From: Marsupella aquatica
Lineage: Eukaryota; Plantae; Marchantiophyta
Assembly (NCBI GenBank): GCA_973895155.1
Contig: OZ316891.1
Span: forward strand, 14,105,037 to 14,169,036
Direction of reading: 5' to 3'
Length of the DNA stretch: 64,000 bases
Shown one piece after another: positions 27,201 to 41,587 of the stretch (its first letter is position 1; each line of letters begins with the position of its first letter). The position numbers were made by a program, and so were the translations under genes. The notes beneath the pieces were generated by a model that saw nothing but the letters and a program-made list of their open reading frames with translations, ran no database searches and was not told where the DNA came from.

Positions 27201-28735
27201 ATAGGAGACAAGTGAGCAAAAGTTGCAGGACTTGCCAAAACGAATCTGCAAAATTGTCGTTTTGGCTCACATGTTGGCTGAGGAATTGTAGAGATGGAAG
27301 GAATCTTACGGAAATCTCTTCTTTAAGTTCTCATTAAACCATTGCTACTCGGCAGAGTCTTTCAGATCTCACCTGCAGTAGAACAGGGATGCCATTGTTT
27401 GATATTCCTGGCGAAAACTTGTTATGCAGCAATCTGTTAACGGCATCTGAAATTCTTTCATTACATTCCCTGAAAGAAAAGATAACACACTTTAATGGAG
27501 CACCATAAGTTGGTCCGTTTGCAGGTATCTCATGGAGCTTTACAATTCATGGCTTATGAAGAGGGGAAAAAGATTGCTCTAGCTTTACGCTCAAGACGGG
27601 CTGAAAGTCCGAATCAAGAAGTTTCTCTGGTGTGTAGCTTCCCTCGTAGCTGTTACTTAAGGGGTTAGCTACGTGTTTTCTACTTATATTTCTGGCATGG
27701 TCTCATTACAAACTATCAACTGTGGTGGCCAGATTTGACCCAAGCAGTTTAGGGCTCAACTTGCTTTGCTGCATGCCTCAGTTGAAAAGAACTTGGATTA
27801 ATGCAATAACTAACTGTCTGCTTTTGTATTTGCTCTAGGCGTCAGGAGATTATGCCGCATTGGGTGCAAGTTCGAAACTTTTTGCAGGCCTCTTGACTTA
27901 TCCATACCAGGTCTGCTGTATCCCTACCATTTCTTGGCTCAAACTGTTCTCGAATGCGTAATTCGGAAAGCCAGGAAAGAGAACTTATAAAAGCATCATC
28001 CCACAGAACATTGTCTAGTTGTCGAGAGTTGTTGCTATCGAGGTTCGAGTCCTTACCTAGGAAAGCAAGAGTGCAAGTCATTGCTTTGGGGTAAAACTTC
28101 CTAGCTATACCCGTTCTGCAGTCTTGTTTCACTGATGAATGTTGGTGGCACTGCATAACAGGTTGTTCGAGCACGTATTCAGGTACTCCGATTTTCACAC
28201 TTGCACTCTTTGTTTACCACCTACAAACTTTTATGCTTGCCACGTGGCGGGTCAGCTGAAAAATAATTTGCCTGAGCTTTGCCCTTCTTTCAAAGTCCAT
28301 CCAAAAATACCTTTTTGTATTCAATGCGACAAGTTGAGGTTCCGTATTCTTTTGTCTTACAGCAACGTCCTAATGTGCATGGCTTTGCGACTTACACCGG
28401 AGGATGGCAAACTCTTAAGACTACTCTCAGGTATTCCCAAGGGGGGAGGTTGAGTTATTGAACGCTTTTGACAGTGCCTTTGCGGTGGCGAGGAAGCATT
28501 TTTTTATTAGTCTAGCGAATATTATCTACATTTTGATGTCGTTCTCATTTGCAATGTCTCATGATTTTAGTTTGTCAGCTTCTACCTGCTATATATCCTG
28601 ACAGAGAAGTTGTATTGCAGGTATGAAGGGGTGCAGGGTCTTTACAGAGGAATTGTCCCAAACCTTCTAAGAACTGTTCCCTCTTCGTCTCTTACCTTCC
28701 TTGTTTATGAAACAGTTCTGAAGTTACTAAGATAG
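24276..28735 (+). CDS. FOLT1: Mitochondrial carrier family protein, folate transporter FOLT1-like (11 exons)
   Basis: GT-AG exons 24276-24378, 25026-25102, 25932-26008, 26206-26299, 26557-26653, 26912-26985, 27525-27629, 27839-27910, 28162-28182, 28363-28430, 28621-28735. They give three carrier signatures (HPLDIVRTRFQ, SPLWLVKTRLQ, YPYQVVRARIQ) and the WQWETAVAGAVAG N-terminus typical of plant FOLT1. Confidence 0.9.
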
Positions 28736-30715
28736 GTTCTAATCTTGCACACTTATCTGTAGAATCAATCTATACCCAGTTTGTTGCAGACTGTAGCCAG
28801 CAAGGGTCATTTTTCTAAAGACTTAGAGCTTACTCCTGACTTCTAGGTCCTAGTCAGTTGTTTTTGGTCATGCATGGCAAGTTTGCATCTCCAATTGATG
28901 CTATTAAGTCTCCGAAGCTTTCAACTAGAAAGAAGAAGAAAAAGAAGCTGATGGATTGACATTGTCACCATCACTGCTAAGTTCTCCAGAGCAAGAAACG
29001 GAAATTTGACAACAATTAAAGGTAAGGAAAGTGTTTCAATACGAAGAGAACGTGCGCACGTTCTATCAAGTCTGGGTTCGCTATAGTTTCTCACTTATTA
29101 AATGGATATAGTTTACTAAATAGATTTAGTGGCAATGGTGTCAGATTCATGTTCAACTCTGTAGTTAGGTTCAAGAATTGTTTTCACAGGAGTATATATG
29201 CGATGGCCTGGAGTGAAGACAAATTTCAAAGTCTCAACCAAAATGAACAGCTGCTCGTTTGCCTCTCAAACCTATCATGAGCTTGGGTGGTTTGTCCATA
29301 TAGTAGTATATATAATTTTATTGTTTAAATTTATCTAAAATTAACAATTGTCTGAAATGTCTAATTCAAACAGTATGATAGATGATCTTTCTCTTTCCTG
29401 GGCATCATGTGTTTACTAAATGAGATTTGGGTGGGACTTGATTGTGGCTGTTCAATTGATGGCCGTTTGTTCTTTCTATACTCAAAAGCTTTCTGTATCT
29501 GTTATGACACAAATTTTCAAGCTTTGTATACATGTTATGACAAACTTTTTCATTGAATATGTTTGATCAAAACTTTGTCGTGGCCATTGTTAGCGATTCT
29601 ATTTAGTATCTTTAGTGATATTGTGATGATGACTTACATTCTTCTACTCTTTCCTGAACTTGTATGCCAACACACTTGCACTGACAACATGGATATAACA
29701 AAATACAAGGTTTCTAAACTTCTTTGCCTGGCCTTTACATGTTCTCTGCACCTCACAAGCATCAAATTACTCTTGTATATTTGATTAGATCTCTATATCC
29801 TTCATATCAATATGGTTCCATATCCAATCTTTAAATTTTAGGCTTAGGGCAACAATCATGCTCCCCACCCCATAAGAGAACCTGCAATGTAACATCTTGC
29901 GCAACATTATGGACCCAATGGTCTGTCTACCTGAATCACACCTAAGGAAATGTAATGCAGTATTATCACATGGCTGCCCAAAAGAAATTATAAGAGGCAG
30001 TTATCACATGGCTGCCCAAAATGAAGTTAATAATCACACAGCTTCACATACGTACAAGCATTTGTTTGCACACTACAAGGGGATGTGGTAGGCGTTGATC
30101 ACTGAAGCCGCCCACAAGAAGGCCCAACTCACCCCTGATCGTACCCATGCAAACTCACAACACATAACAGTACGTCTGAATAACCCTAGGAATTGACAAA
30201 CAAGTTAGTCACAACAACAGACTGGTCTGAAGAACAGATTTCACTCTAGTTTAAGTCGGAGAGGACAACCACCTTTTAACAACAACATCCTCCAAGAAAG
30301 TGTGTCCAGATGTCTAACTTGATGTTAGTTGTCCTCCTTCACCAGATAAGTAGAAACTCTGGTGATTGCCATGAATTACTCTCACTGGCTTCTTCTTCCA
30401 AACTTCCATTCCATCGTTATCTTTACAAAGAAACGTTTTCAACTGGCACGGTCTTCTGCCACCAAAATGAAAGGTCCGAGGGTTTGTAGTCATGTTGCAG
30501 TGACTCTGAGAGTCTGGCGGTCCGGCTGATACAGGTTTCCTAGTAAAGGTGCACGGATGACTTTATTAGTATCAATTCCTTAGGCAGAGCAATCGATTTT
30601 TCCACTCTTTGAGACTAAAAATGATTGCATGAACACCTACTGAATACACTCGAAAAGAATGGCTCAGGAGGCCTGAACACATTGTGTTCTCTATAACGCC
30701 ATCTATCAAAAAGGC

Positions 30716-33410
30716 CTATCTTCCTATTCGTGAACCCCGTACTCGCTTGACTGCCATGAATGTCGTTGCAGCCGACAAACTATACCTGCAACCAGGCGGG
30801 AAGTCTTAAGTTTTCTTCAAAAGCAATGTATCCCCTATGATACTCGCGTAATCTAATCATGTAAACAAACAAACTGATCTGGCAACATTTTCTTAGTCTC
30901 AATTCTACTGGGACAAGACAAAAGCACGACCAATTATTCTTATATGATGACGGAACATACCAGGTAAGGGCATAATTGATATGGTCTTGAGGCATGACAG
31001 ATGAGTGGAGAAGAGCCTCAGGATCTTTAGCAATCGGAAATTTTTCCTTGCCTACACTTTTGTTAGGCTCCTCCAGAACCTCAATCAAAACTGCATTTTC
31101 AGATAGACCAAGAGTACGGGCCATGGCAGGTACATCAATATAAAACCACTGTCCCGTGCTTGGCACGTTCAAAGGAACAAACATGTTTGGTTCCTCACTG
31201 CCTCGTATTACACCGTGCACTGTGACTGTTGCCTGTGTACTTGATAGCATCTCCCCCTGCTTCAAGAGACAGCAAGAATAAGGAGAACAACTTCTTATCT
31301 TTCTGGCAATTATGTTGTTAGGTGAACAGAGTTGATGACTCAGTTAAGTGCCTTGGCAGAGGTATCAAAATCTCCTAACATGCAAAAAATAATGGCAAGA
31401 TTGCCAGTGACCTCGCTAGGTGGCTTTGTGGCTTTCCAGGCTCTTGTCCTATTTAAGAAATACTACTCTCACTATTTGTCTAAGGTTGGATAAGCTACAA
31501 GACTCCAGATTCTGATGACTGTTATCAAAGGGAAGATAGATCAATCAATCACAAATGCCATCTGGCAGGGCCCGATTCTTGATTTGTTTGGTTTGCAAGC
31601 TTGTCTGACACCACAAGTTTAGCCTGCACCTAACGCAAAGTCTACCCCAGCGTCACAGACCTATACGAAATGTGCAACGCCCTGCTAGAGTACTCACTTA
31701 ACCTCTTCGAACTGAGTCCAGTAACAATCATCAGATGAACAAAATCAATTAGGAGGGGGACCCGATTAATGCTCACCTCGTTGTCAAGTGCATTTTGTTG
31801 TCTCGTCCAAAACTTCCACCATGGTATTTTCTCTAACGTAGTTGCTGGAGCTGAAGTCACAAGAGCATGTCCTGAATCTGGCTCCTCAACCCAACCACTT
31901 GGTACCCAGCCTCTGTTCACCAAGACAGGAACCTGCCCACTACCACAAAGCTATCTGCCCAAATCAGTGCCGTACTCGATGATAGCTTTCTCGGTAGTAC
32001 ACTATGCGTCATTGCATAAAGGAACATGCTATGAAAAGGTTGCAGCTTCCATCTGAACTCCCACCTTTTACTGTCGTCTGTTCTTAAAAGTGGAGTGATG
32101 ACAAAATATCCCTTCTGAGTCACCCCGAAAGCTGATCTTGCACGAGGACCTACATAAAGATTCTTTTTCACATCATACACGCCTTCGCAAATCACCGTCC
32201 TGAACTCCAAGTCCTTGATTGCAGTATGGCTCGATGAGATATTCTTATCATCTCGCTTAGCTACTTCAACCGAATCACTAATCGCATCCATAAGCGGGAT
32301 TGGCTCCTCCTCCAGCCTCGTCCGCCTGTAGTCTAGAACCTCTATCTGTGACATAAGCAAAACATAAAATCCATGTTTTCTAAGTCTCACAGTTCATTGT
32401 GTTTCGCAACTGTGGGTCAGAGACAGAAAGTAAATTGGTATTTCAACTGACGTATCGCAACCGGAAAAACTTGGCAAATCCTGCCGCTGAAACCTGAGAT
32501 CAAATTTTAACGAAAAAATTCCCGAATCCCTTGCATCCCACCAAAGCGAACAGGCTATAAAAAAACGTGAGAAACGATGCTAGGTCCCAAGGGAAATGAG
32601 CGCGACTCCGTAACTCATGCCCCTAAGTAAGCGTTTTGTTCAGTTGAGACGAATAAAAGACAAGGTCCCAGCCGAACCTAAACCCATGATAGGACGGTCG
32701 TATCGAGTACAGCATTACATTCAACGCACCTACCTTCCATTGCCGTCGAAAGAGCTGCCATGTTCCAAGCCCGAATGTTGCCGCACAGGGCAGAAAAAGA
32801 ATTACTGCAGAGAACCTCCATTTCTTTCCTTCTTGACCTACAATCAAAAGGAGGCGCTTGTTCATACACCAAAGTTATGAGGCATTGCAGCATTCACGAG
32901 GCTAATCCCCCGATTCGCAGCGAAAGAAATCACGATATATTTTGACTCCCAATTCTGGTCGAACGAATGCTTTATTGGGGATGGTACCTAAAGTTAGCTT
33001 TTACTCCATTAACTGCCTTTTAAAAAACAGATCCTGAATGATTGTTCCCATCGGAGAAGAGTCCAGACCACCCTAGACGCGCAACAACAACGGCGGGCAC
33101 ACAATGGCACAAAGAAACTTATCAACGAACCTGATTTTGAGGCAGTCACGTTGCTGGCAAACCTTCTGGGAACTGCATCCAGCAGCAGCTGCTCCGCACT
33201 TCGCCGCTTCCTCATTACTGCAGCATTCCATCCTCCTCGGCGTAAAGGAGCTACTCCCAAAACGATCGGAAACTGGGAAAGAGTTGATAAAGTAGAGACG
33301 ATGCCGGAATGATTATACGTTGCACCATCAACGACAGCAGCAGCAGATAGCTTCCCGTTAAATGCTGTCGATCGGAGCAAGCTCTTCACGAGGCCACGCG
33401 TTGCTTGCAT
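30716..33410 (-). CDS. SURF1: SURF1/Shy1 cytochrome c oxidase assembly protein (6 exons)
   Basis: Exons 33410-33131, 32837-32734, 32345-32065, 31939-31777, 31256-30961, 30785-30716. Motifs TFGLGTWQLFRRQWK, YVGPR, GYFVITPL, VLVNRGWVP, QWFYIDVPAMA, HINYALTWYSLSAA; Arg/Ser-rich mitochondrial presequence. Confidence 0.93.
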
Positions 33411-33665
33411 GATTTATCGCTGCTGCTCAGTGGTCTGATTTGCAGGCAAGCTAAGCGCAAGCCTTGAACAACATCCCTTCCGATCGTGCACAACTATGAG
33501 GTGAATTGTGGGACCAAACTCTCTTTCCCTCTCCTGAAATCGCTTTCTTCCGTGAAACACTGAAACCCCAAATCACTCCATCCGAAATGGTGCAGCACCA
33601 TGCTCTCGATCCATACAGCTCAAGTTCAACATGGTAATTTTATTTCTTTTCCGAGTTATCACACG

Positions 33666-33853
33666 CCATAGTATCCAATCCCCCACATTCTCTGTTTATG
33701 ATTTGAGTTTTGTGCCTGCCTTGTTTCACTCTTGGATTGCTCCTAAACTCCTTCTACAACCCATAGTATCCAATCCCCCAACATTCTCTGTTTATGAATG
33801 GAGTTCTGTTCTTTGCTTGCTTCTTTTTTTTACACTTGGATTGCTCCTAAACC
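33666..33853 (+). repeat. Local ~95-bp tandem duplication upstream of SURF1
   Basis: CCATAGTATCCAATCCCCCA..CATTCTCTGTTTATGA...CTTGGATTGCTCCTAAAC occurs twice. Confidence 0.7.
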
Positions 33854-34699
33854 CCTCCTAAAGCCTTTGCACCTTGCCTGTCCATTGCAATCCAAGATGC
33901 CACGTCCCCCCGGGCGCGACCCTGTCCCTCGCAACCCTGTCCCTCGGGCTGCGAGGAGGAGGAGAGAAAGGGGAGGTAGAAGAGGGGAGGGGGGGGAGGG
34001 GGGGAGGGGGGAATTGGAGATAGAGGGGAAAAAAATACATTCCCACACTTGCCATCACCCATCTTGTGCACCCTCACGACCAACAGGATAACAGTTCCGT
34101 GGCAACAACCACCCAACCAAACAATGACACTTCTGAGACCACAACATGACTACACAAATGACCTGGTCGGATCTGCAACACTTCTGCAATTAGTTCATGG
34201 CCCTTGTCCTCCTGTCTCTAATTAGGGGCTCTTAAATTCAATGAGAGACACAGGTCCCTAGAAATAAATTTTAAGTGTTATATCAAAGTTGTGTGCTCCA
34301 TTGTGTGAGTCCTAGGTGACCATCTTTACGGACCCCCATGAGAGGTCTCTTGCAAATTCCCTGCCATGAGGTTGCGCCACATCACACACAACCAGCCACA
34401 AACAGGAATGATCCTACTTTTAACAATAACAAACGTGCACATTCCTGTTTGTGGCAAAGGCAACGTAATTTTTGGGGCGCCATGCCATAAATATTGAACG
34501 TAAAAAAAACCAAAATACAAAGGGAGATATATCATTTAGTAAAATAAAGTTACCATTTTGATGTTTGTCAAAGATATATCAATGTTTTATATCAAAATGC
34601 TTGTATTTTTTAATTGTTTGCAAGCTTGAAAAAAGTAACCAACCAATAGAAATGTACATAGTTAAAACCCATTTGGCTTCACATTGTAAAACTAAATAA

Positions 34700-37130
34700 T
34701 CAATCTCCTTAGTACTTGATAAAATCTGTTAATGTTTGATTCATTGGAAAACTCAAGATCAAGATTTAGAAACTCGTGACCTCTTTAGTATTGTCTTGAT
34801 AAAATCTCTCAATGTCACACTCATTGGAAAGTTAAAGTAAAATTAAAAACTCATCATCTCCTTAGTACTTGACAAAAATCTATCAATGTTAGGTTCATTG
34901 GAAAGCTAGAGAAATTTAGATACTCATGATCTCTCTAATTCTTGACGAATAATCTCAATGTCACACATTAGAAAGCTAGAGAGATTGAAAACCTCATGAT
35001 CTCTTTAGTATCGTGACAAAATCTGACATAAAATTTGTCAATGTCGGACTCAATGTTGGAAAGCTAAAAGAATTCATGAACTCATGATCAATATTTCTTT
35101 TACTCACACTCATTGGAAAGGCAAAGAAATTCAAAAACTCATTTGGAACTTGACAAAATTTGTCAATCTGAGGCTCATTGGAAACCTTTTTCAATTAAGA
35201 GCTATCACAATCTCATCACCGTCACAAACTTAGCCATTGAAAATTGATTTCTTTGATTATGTCACCATCCCTTGTCCACAATGCTTGCTTCCCGGCTTGA
35301 ATTGTTCGCATTCCTCTAGTTTTCAACTGAAGCTAGCTCACTCTGAACACAGGTTGACGCCAAATGCAGCCTCTATGTCAAAGAAACAATTGTTGGTTTC
35401 CCTCTCACACCATAGCTTTCTTAAATAACAAACTACAAATCCTTCATGTGAAGCGATGACTCGTTTGTTTTGTGTGTTCTTCCTACCGAATTAACAAGCG
35501 CTCTTTTGCCAATAGTTAAGTGTTGTTCTCCAGTCTGTCTTGTGGCGGTAATGCTCAATGTAACTCACAAACGATCAATCATGAATGATAGAAACACAAT
35601 TTCTCCAATGTGTAAGCAAAAACCGTCAAAAAACTCAATTCCTCCATGTTCAACCTTCCATTGATAAATCTCCTCTATATTTTGGGCGTTTTCTTTTGTA
35701 CGAGCACACACCAAAACCATCGGGAAACTCAACACCGTCAATTACCGCCTTGTTGAAAATTGATTTCACTTCATCAAACACACATTCCTTGGATGAACAT
35801 GGGGGTACACGGATTAATTGTTTATTATGATCATGTGCACAGAGCATGTGGGCTTATGGAGCAACCTGGAAGATGAAGCTCAGTTGGATGGGCTCAATAA
35901 GTAGCGTGGAAGATGAAGTCAATTGGATCTCCATATCAATGTTAATCGTGCTTCCCCTAAGTATGAATCTCTTCCACCTTCACGATCATTGAAGTAATTG
36001 TGGATCAACTTCAATCTTGGATCCTTTCCATGTTGTGTGTCATTATTGATCTCTAGCTTACGTGTTTCCAAATCATTCTCTAACTATAAACCCAACCCAA
36101 GCATATATCCCACTACATGAATGTCATTACCGGTTACTTTCCCTCCATTCCTTTCAACATTTTACATTACTTAACTTGGAACTTTACGTCTAGATGACCC
36201 ACAACCCATTTCCAATGACCCTCATCTATGGTTGAAACCCTTGGTGTGCTTAGAATGCTAGAAACATTTTGACAGAACTTTCCAATGAGCCTATTATTGT
36301 CACATATCATCAAGTATCAAAGGGATCACAATTTGCAGAATTTCTATACCCTCTTTTGCAAGTCGAGCTATGGCGTCCACAAAAACAATTTCAAATTTCC
36401 CTTGATCTCTTGATGAAATATTTGGTGCTTAGAATTTTTTTAACTATTTTTTAAAGAGCTTTCTAATGAGCCTTGCCATATTTTGTCAAGTATGAAAGAG
36501 CTCAAAAATCTCTAAATTGTTCCATTCTTCCTGAAAAGTCTAGCTATGTCGTCAACAAAAATCCCATTTTGAATTTTGTCCATCTCTAATAAAACCTTCC
36601 CTCTCTAGAATTCTTAGAAAAGTGTTTTAAAAGAGCTTTTCAATGACCCTAACATTTCTAGATTTCATCGACTACTAAAGATATAAGTTTTCAAATATCT
36701 CTAGCTTTCCAATGAGCCTGCATTGACAATTTTTGTCACTTACTAAGAAGACCATAAGTCTAAACCCAACAAGCCTAACATTGGCAAATTAGTCAAAACT
36801 AAGGAGATCATGAGTTTATGAATTTCTCTACATTTTCAATCTGATGCAACTTTTCATCATTTCCGGGCGGTTGGGCTCCGCAATCCCTCCACTTCCTCTA
36901 GTTGAAAGCCCGGTTGAAAGAGGCACAAACAAAAATTTAATCTTGTGTAAAAAATGGCTTTGACAAGGGCTTCAAGTTTTTTATTTCCAATTTGTCCCTT
37001 CATTGCTTATTCTATAGTAGCCGTTGACGGATTTTGTCAAGTACCAAGGAGATCATGATTTTATGAATTTCTCTAGCTTTCCAATGAGTGACATTGGGAG
37101 ACTTTATCAAGTACTAAAGAGATCATGAGT
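34700..37130. repeat. Two oppositely oriented arrays of a degenerate ~65-75-bp unit (34700-35190 and ~36270-37130); possible foldback-like element
   Basis: Left units CTCATTGGAAAGCTAGAGAAATT..CTCATGATCTC..TAGTACTTGACAAAA; right units TTTTGTCAAGTAC..GAGATCATGA..AATTTCTCTAGCTTTCCAATGAG (reverse complement). Confidence 0.6.
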
Positions 37131-38547
37131 TGGGTCACACATGGTGCCAAAGATTTTGGAAAGAATTTCCATGGGGTTTGTAATGACCACATAGCCATAG
37201 TGATAACGTGATTCAAATGATAGTGTGTAATAAACCAAATGGCTTAGACTAAGTAGCAACAATGTGTAACATGAGAGTGCACTCAATCTCGATCACTACA
37301 TCAATAAGATAATAGAATGAAGAAACTCCAAAAGGATCCATAGCATGAGAGAGTACTGCCAAGAATGAGGAAAAGAATGTTCTCCTGCCAACCTATATCC
37401 CCCAAGGGATCGAGACAAAGATATGTGGGCCAAAATAAGTGGATCTTATCCTAAATTAGTAAAGGGTGAACTAACCCTAACAAGGCCAAACTAACTATGA
37501 TTGAGAACCTGAGCCAATTCCAAGCACAATGGACTTCCACAGCCACAACTTGGCTGCAGTGACAACAACAACATAGTCGCATTGATAAATTTGAAATAGA
37601 CACTTGACATAATGATAAAGTCAATATGGGCTCAAAAGTTCACTTTGTTTCAACGTACTTCCTACCACAATGATTTCCTTACCTCAAAGATACCCTAGCA
37701 TCCATGATGCCTAAATACTTCAACAACTTCTTTGGCTTACCTTGACATCTTTTGTGCAATGCATGGGCATTAGGCTCGTCTACATTATAATTTGTCATCT
37801 AGGTATTTGCTTCACAACATACTCCATAGATTCTAATTTCTTGGGTGACGGCAAAGTTTGATATTTAGACTTTGCTTGTGAGTAAGCACAGACATGGGAG
37901 TTTGAGTACGGGAGCCTTACTATTTATATGCATAGGTGTTGCGGCTAGTCACAAATATTGGGATATGATCTAGACCAAACGAGACAACATTAACATGTGT
38001 GAACATTCATCCATAGACTTCGACACTAAAAGTACATGGTTCACCCCGTCTGGGCTTTGTCCACGGCCGTGAGAGAAATCCAATAATGCAAAGTGATTAC
38101 ACCGGCCATAGCCAACGCGCTAGAGCTCCTCCTCTCACTCTCTCACTCTCTATCCTCAAGATCAAGTGAACCTTCAAGTGTGAGCACAAGTTTGTGTTCC
38201 CCTTGGGTATACCCCCTCCCATGGTCTATAGGAACCTAGAACTCAAACTAGTGCTAGATCCTAGTTTATTGAAGTCTAGCTAGTAATGTGGAAGTATATA
38301 GGTTATACTAGAGGCATACCTAACAAACTCCCCATTGACTCTAGTGCTTAGCTAACTACCTGGTAACCGTGTTACTTCTAACTAGATCCGTATGAATCTC
38401 TTTGGGAAGTTCTAGAAGGTTAAACCAAGGAGTTTTTCCCTCTATACCTAAGAGCTAACTAGAACTAAGTCATAGCTGACAAAGTGTCAGATATAGTAGA
38501 CATACATAGAAATAAACTACCTATCTAGTATTAGCTCAGATCTTGTT

Positions 38548-38905
38548 TGTTAGATATTGCTCTAGTCTTGTGACTCATAAGCTAACCATAGTTAGTCTAA
38601 CTCGGGTTAGGACTTAGCTAATGTTAGCGGTAGTGCTGTTGTGTATTAAGCCAGGGCTGATGCCAGACCCTAGTGGAACTTAGGTTCATTGTTATAGAGC
38701 TAGTTGAGAGATAGGGAGAGCTTGTGCTGTGGGGTTTGTGCTGTGGATGCTTGGTATGGCCTGTCGGCCTAGAGTGCATTAAAGCTCTTGTGTGTTCTCG
38801 TGGATGTAGTCTCATGTGGAGGTGAACCACGTATCTCTCTGTGTCGACTATTGTGCATTGGATAGTTCATGGGCTTGTTGTTACAAATGTCGTCTATGCT
38901 CAACA
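38548..38905 (+). mobile_element. Solo LTR related to copia element 1
   Basis: TGTTAG...GCTCAACA with TSD TTGTT (38543-38547, 38906-38910). The 3' half (GGTGAACCACGTATCTCT..GTGTCGACTATTGTGC..GTCTATGCTCAACA) is close to LTR 6542-6962. Confidence 0.88.
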
Positions 38906-39040
38906 TTGTTAACCATATGTATCTCCTCATGAAATTCTAAACAGAAAACCTATGTTTCCCCCTTCTCTATGAGGGTTAACTAGAATTAGACCGTAGCCGG
39001 TACATATCGAATGGAAAATACACATACAAGAGAACTAACA

Positions 39041-41587
39041 CTAAGCATCCTTGTGCAAAAAATTAAAGCCTTGCACAATGCTCCGTGAAACTAGCCAAAG
39101 AGGAATGACTTTGGTTAACATATCAGCAGGATTGAGTTTTCCATCAATCTTTATTAACTCAATCTCTTTCTCAGCAACAGTTTGTCTGAGAAAATGATAC
39201 CTAATATCAATGTGCTTTACCTGGCCATGCGTTACTTGGTTTGCCGCAATATGTATAACACTATTGCTCTCACAATGAAAATCCACCTGCTCTTATAGAG
39301 TCCCCAAATCACGAGTCAACTTCCCCAACCAAATATATAGTCTCCTTTGCTGCCTCTGCTAGTGCTACATACTCAACTTCAATAGATGACTGAGATATGC
39401 ATTTTTGCTTCATGCTCGGCTCCATGGATCTCCAACTTACACATCCACCTGCTAACATGAAAGAACACCTTGTTGGACTCTTCTGTTGATCCAAATCACC
39501 ACCATAGTCTAAATCCACATATCCAACAAAAGACATCGCATTGTTTGAATGTGCATCAAACAACAAACCAACCTCAAATGGGTCATGTAAGTACCTTGGG
39601 TTAACCATGTACCTACTCACCACGCCCATAGCATGCGCTATCTGGTCTAGTACTGGAAGCAACAATGCATATGCCTCACATCCAAACACACGTAATCTCG
39701 TGTAATCTGCAGGTCTCTTGGGCCACATCTAAAATGGATAATATTGATAACTGCAAAATATAATGTTACCAGATAAGCTATTGTGTTGACAGCTTCAACC
39801 CAAAAGATCTTTGGTAGACCTGCTTGGCTTAACATACTTCCATATCTCTCCAATAGTGTCCTATTTAGCCTCTCAAAAATATCAATATGTTGAGGAGTAT
39901 ATGCATTGGTCAAATATCGGGTAATGCCTTCACGGTCTAAGTAGAGGTGAAACTTGTTAGAGATATATTCACCTTCATTGTCTGAACGAAGATATTTCAC
40001 CTTCTTTCCTACTTGTGTCTCAACCTGCATCTTCCACTTTTTGAAGATTGAGAAATTCTCAGACTTCTCATGGATAAATTGCACCTAGATCATCCTTGAA
40101 TAATCATCAATAAAAAACACGTAATACTTCATTCTTGACATTGAGAGCTCAAATAATTCTCACACATCATAATGAATGTAATCCAAAATATCTTTAGAGG
40201 TATGACTGGCTCCTAAGAAACTTACACGATGCTACTTACCAAGGACACGGTGTTGATAAAACCCCAGCTTGCACAATTTTGCACCTGGCAAGAGATTATG
40301 TTTTACACATTCAGCCCTTTCTCATTCATGTGACCCAATCGTGCATGTCACAATTGTGTCTGATCCAACTCTGATGAAACTACATTGGCACTACCAAGAA
40401 TCATGATGCCTACCAAGATATATAGATTACCCTGCTTCCTATCTTCCATCACCGCTAGAGGACCATGTATGACTCTCAAAACTCCACTTGTTGTACTCCA
40501 TTCACAACCAAATGTGTCCAATGCTCCCAAAGAGATCAAATTTTGCTTCAAATCTCAAATGTGATGAACATTCATCAACGTACGGACAACTACATCAAAC
40601 ATTTGAATGCACACTATACCTATGTCAATGACTTAACAAGGTTGATTATTCCCTATCATGAGGTTCCCTGATTTTGGCTCATAGGTGCAAAAGGTCTTCC
40701 TATCATGACACATATGAAAGGAATGTAGAATTCAAAACCCACTTCGGTCTCCCACCTTGAGAACCGGTACATAAGGCAAAACCAACATCATCATCAGAAG
40801 GAATAAAACTCGTCTGACCTTGAATGTCACCACCACTCTTGCAATTCCTCTTAATGTACGTGGCCCTTCTTATCACATTTTCAACACTCAACACTCTTTG
40901 AGTCACGTAACTTTGATCTAGCCTTGGTTTTACCAAAAGAACCTATAAAATGCTCTCGTGATCTGTCCCTAGTAATTACTAGTGCTGATCCAGATGAAGA
41001 AGAAGAACCATTGTGCATCTTCTTTTGCATTTTGTTTGACAGCAAAGTGTTCACTATCTCATCATAGGTCAACGTTGTCTTGCCATACAAGATTGTCTGG
41101 AGCAGGTTTTCATATGAGCGTGACAAGGAAGTAAGCAAATCAAGTGCTTTCTTCTCATCCTCCACCTTCTCATTGAGACTCATCGATTCTGCGATGATTA
41201 AATTAAAATCATCAATACATTTGTGCATAGTTTTACCTTCAGCCATCTTGAAATTCATCAACTTCAAGCTTATGTATAGCCGATTTGTCAACAACGTCTT
41301 CTCATACATCAGCTTCAGTTGATCCCACAACTTTGTAATTGTGTCCTCCGTCATAACCTAAAATAAAACTTCAGGTGGCAAGTGGAACCTAATCAAACTG
41401 AGAGCACGATTGCCAATGTCTTCTCACTCCTCATCAATCATGGAGGATGGCTTTGTGCTAAATGTTGAATCCAAGCCTTGGGAAAGAAGAACGTCTTTTA
41501 TTTGTACTTTCCATAATGTGAAGTTATTGCACGTGGGGAATTTCTCCACTTCATGTACTTTGCACTAGTCACCTTCCGGGAAGCCAT
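39041..41587 (-). pseudogene. Degenerate copia gag-pol; most of RT deleted
   Basis: Gag (LLTSLSRSYENL), PR-like KWVLNS, IN (RSDNEGEY, ERLNRTLLE), then YTRLRVFGCEAYAL joined almost directly to IAHAMGVVSRYM and RH (KHIDIRYHFLR); many frameshifts. Confidence 0.88.
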
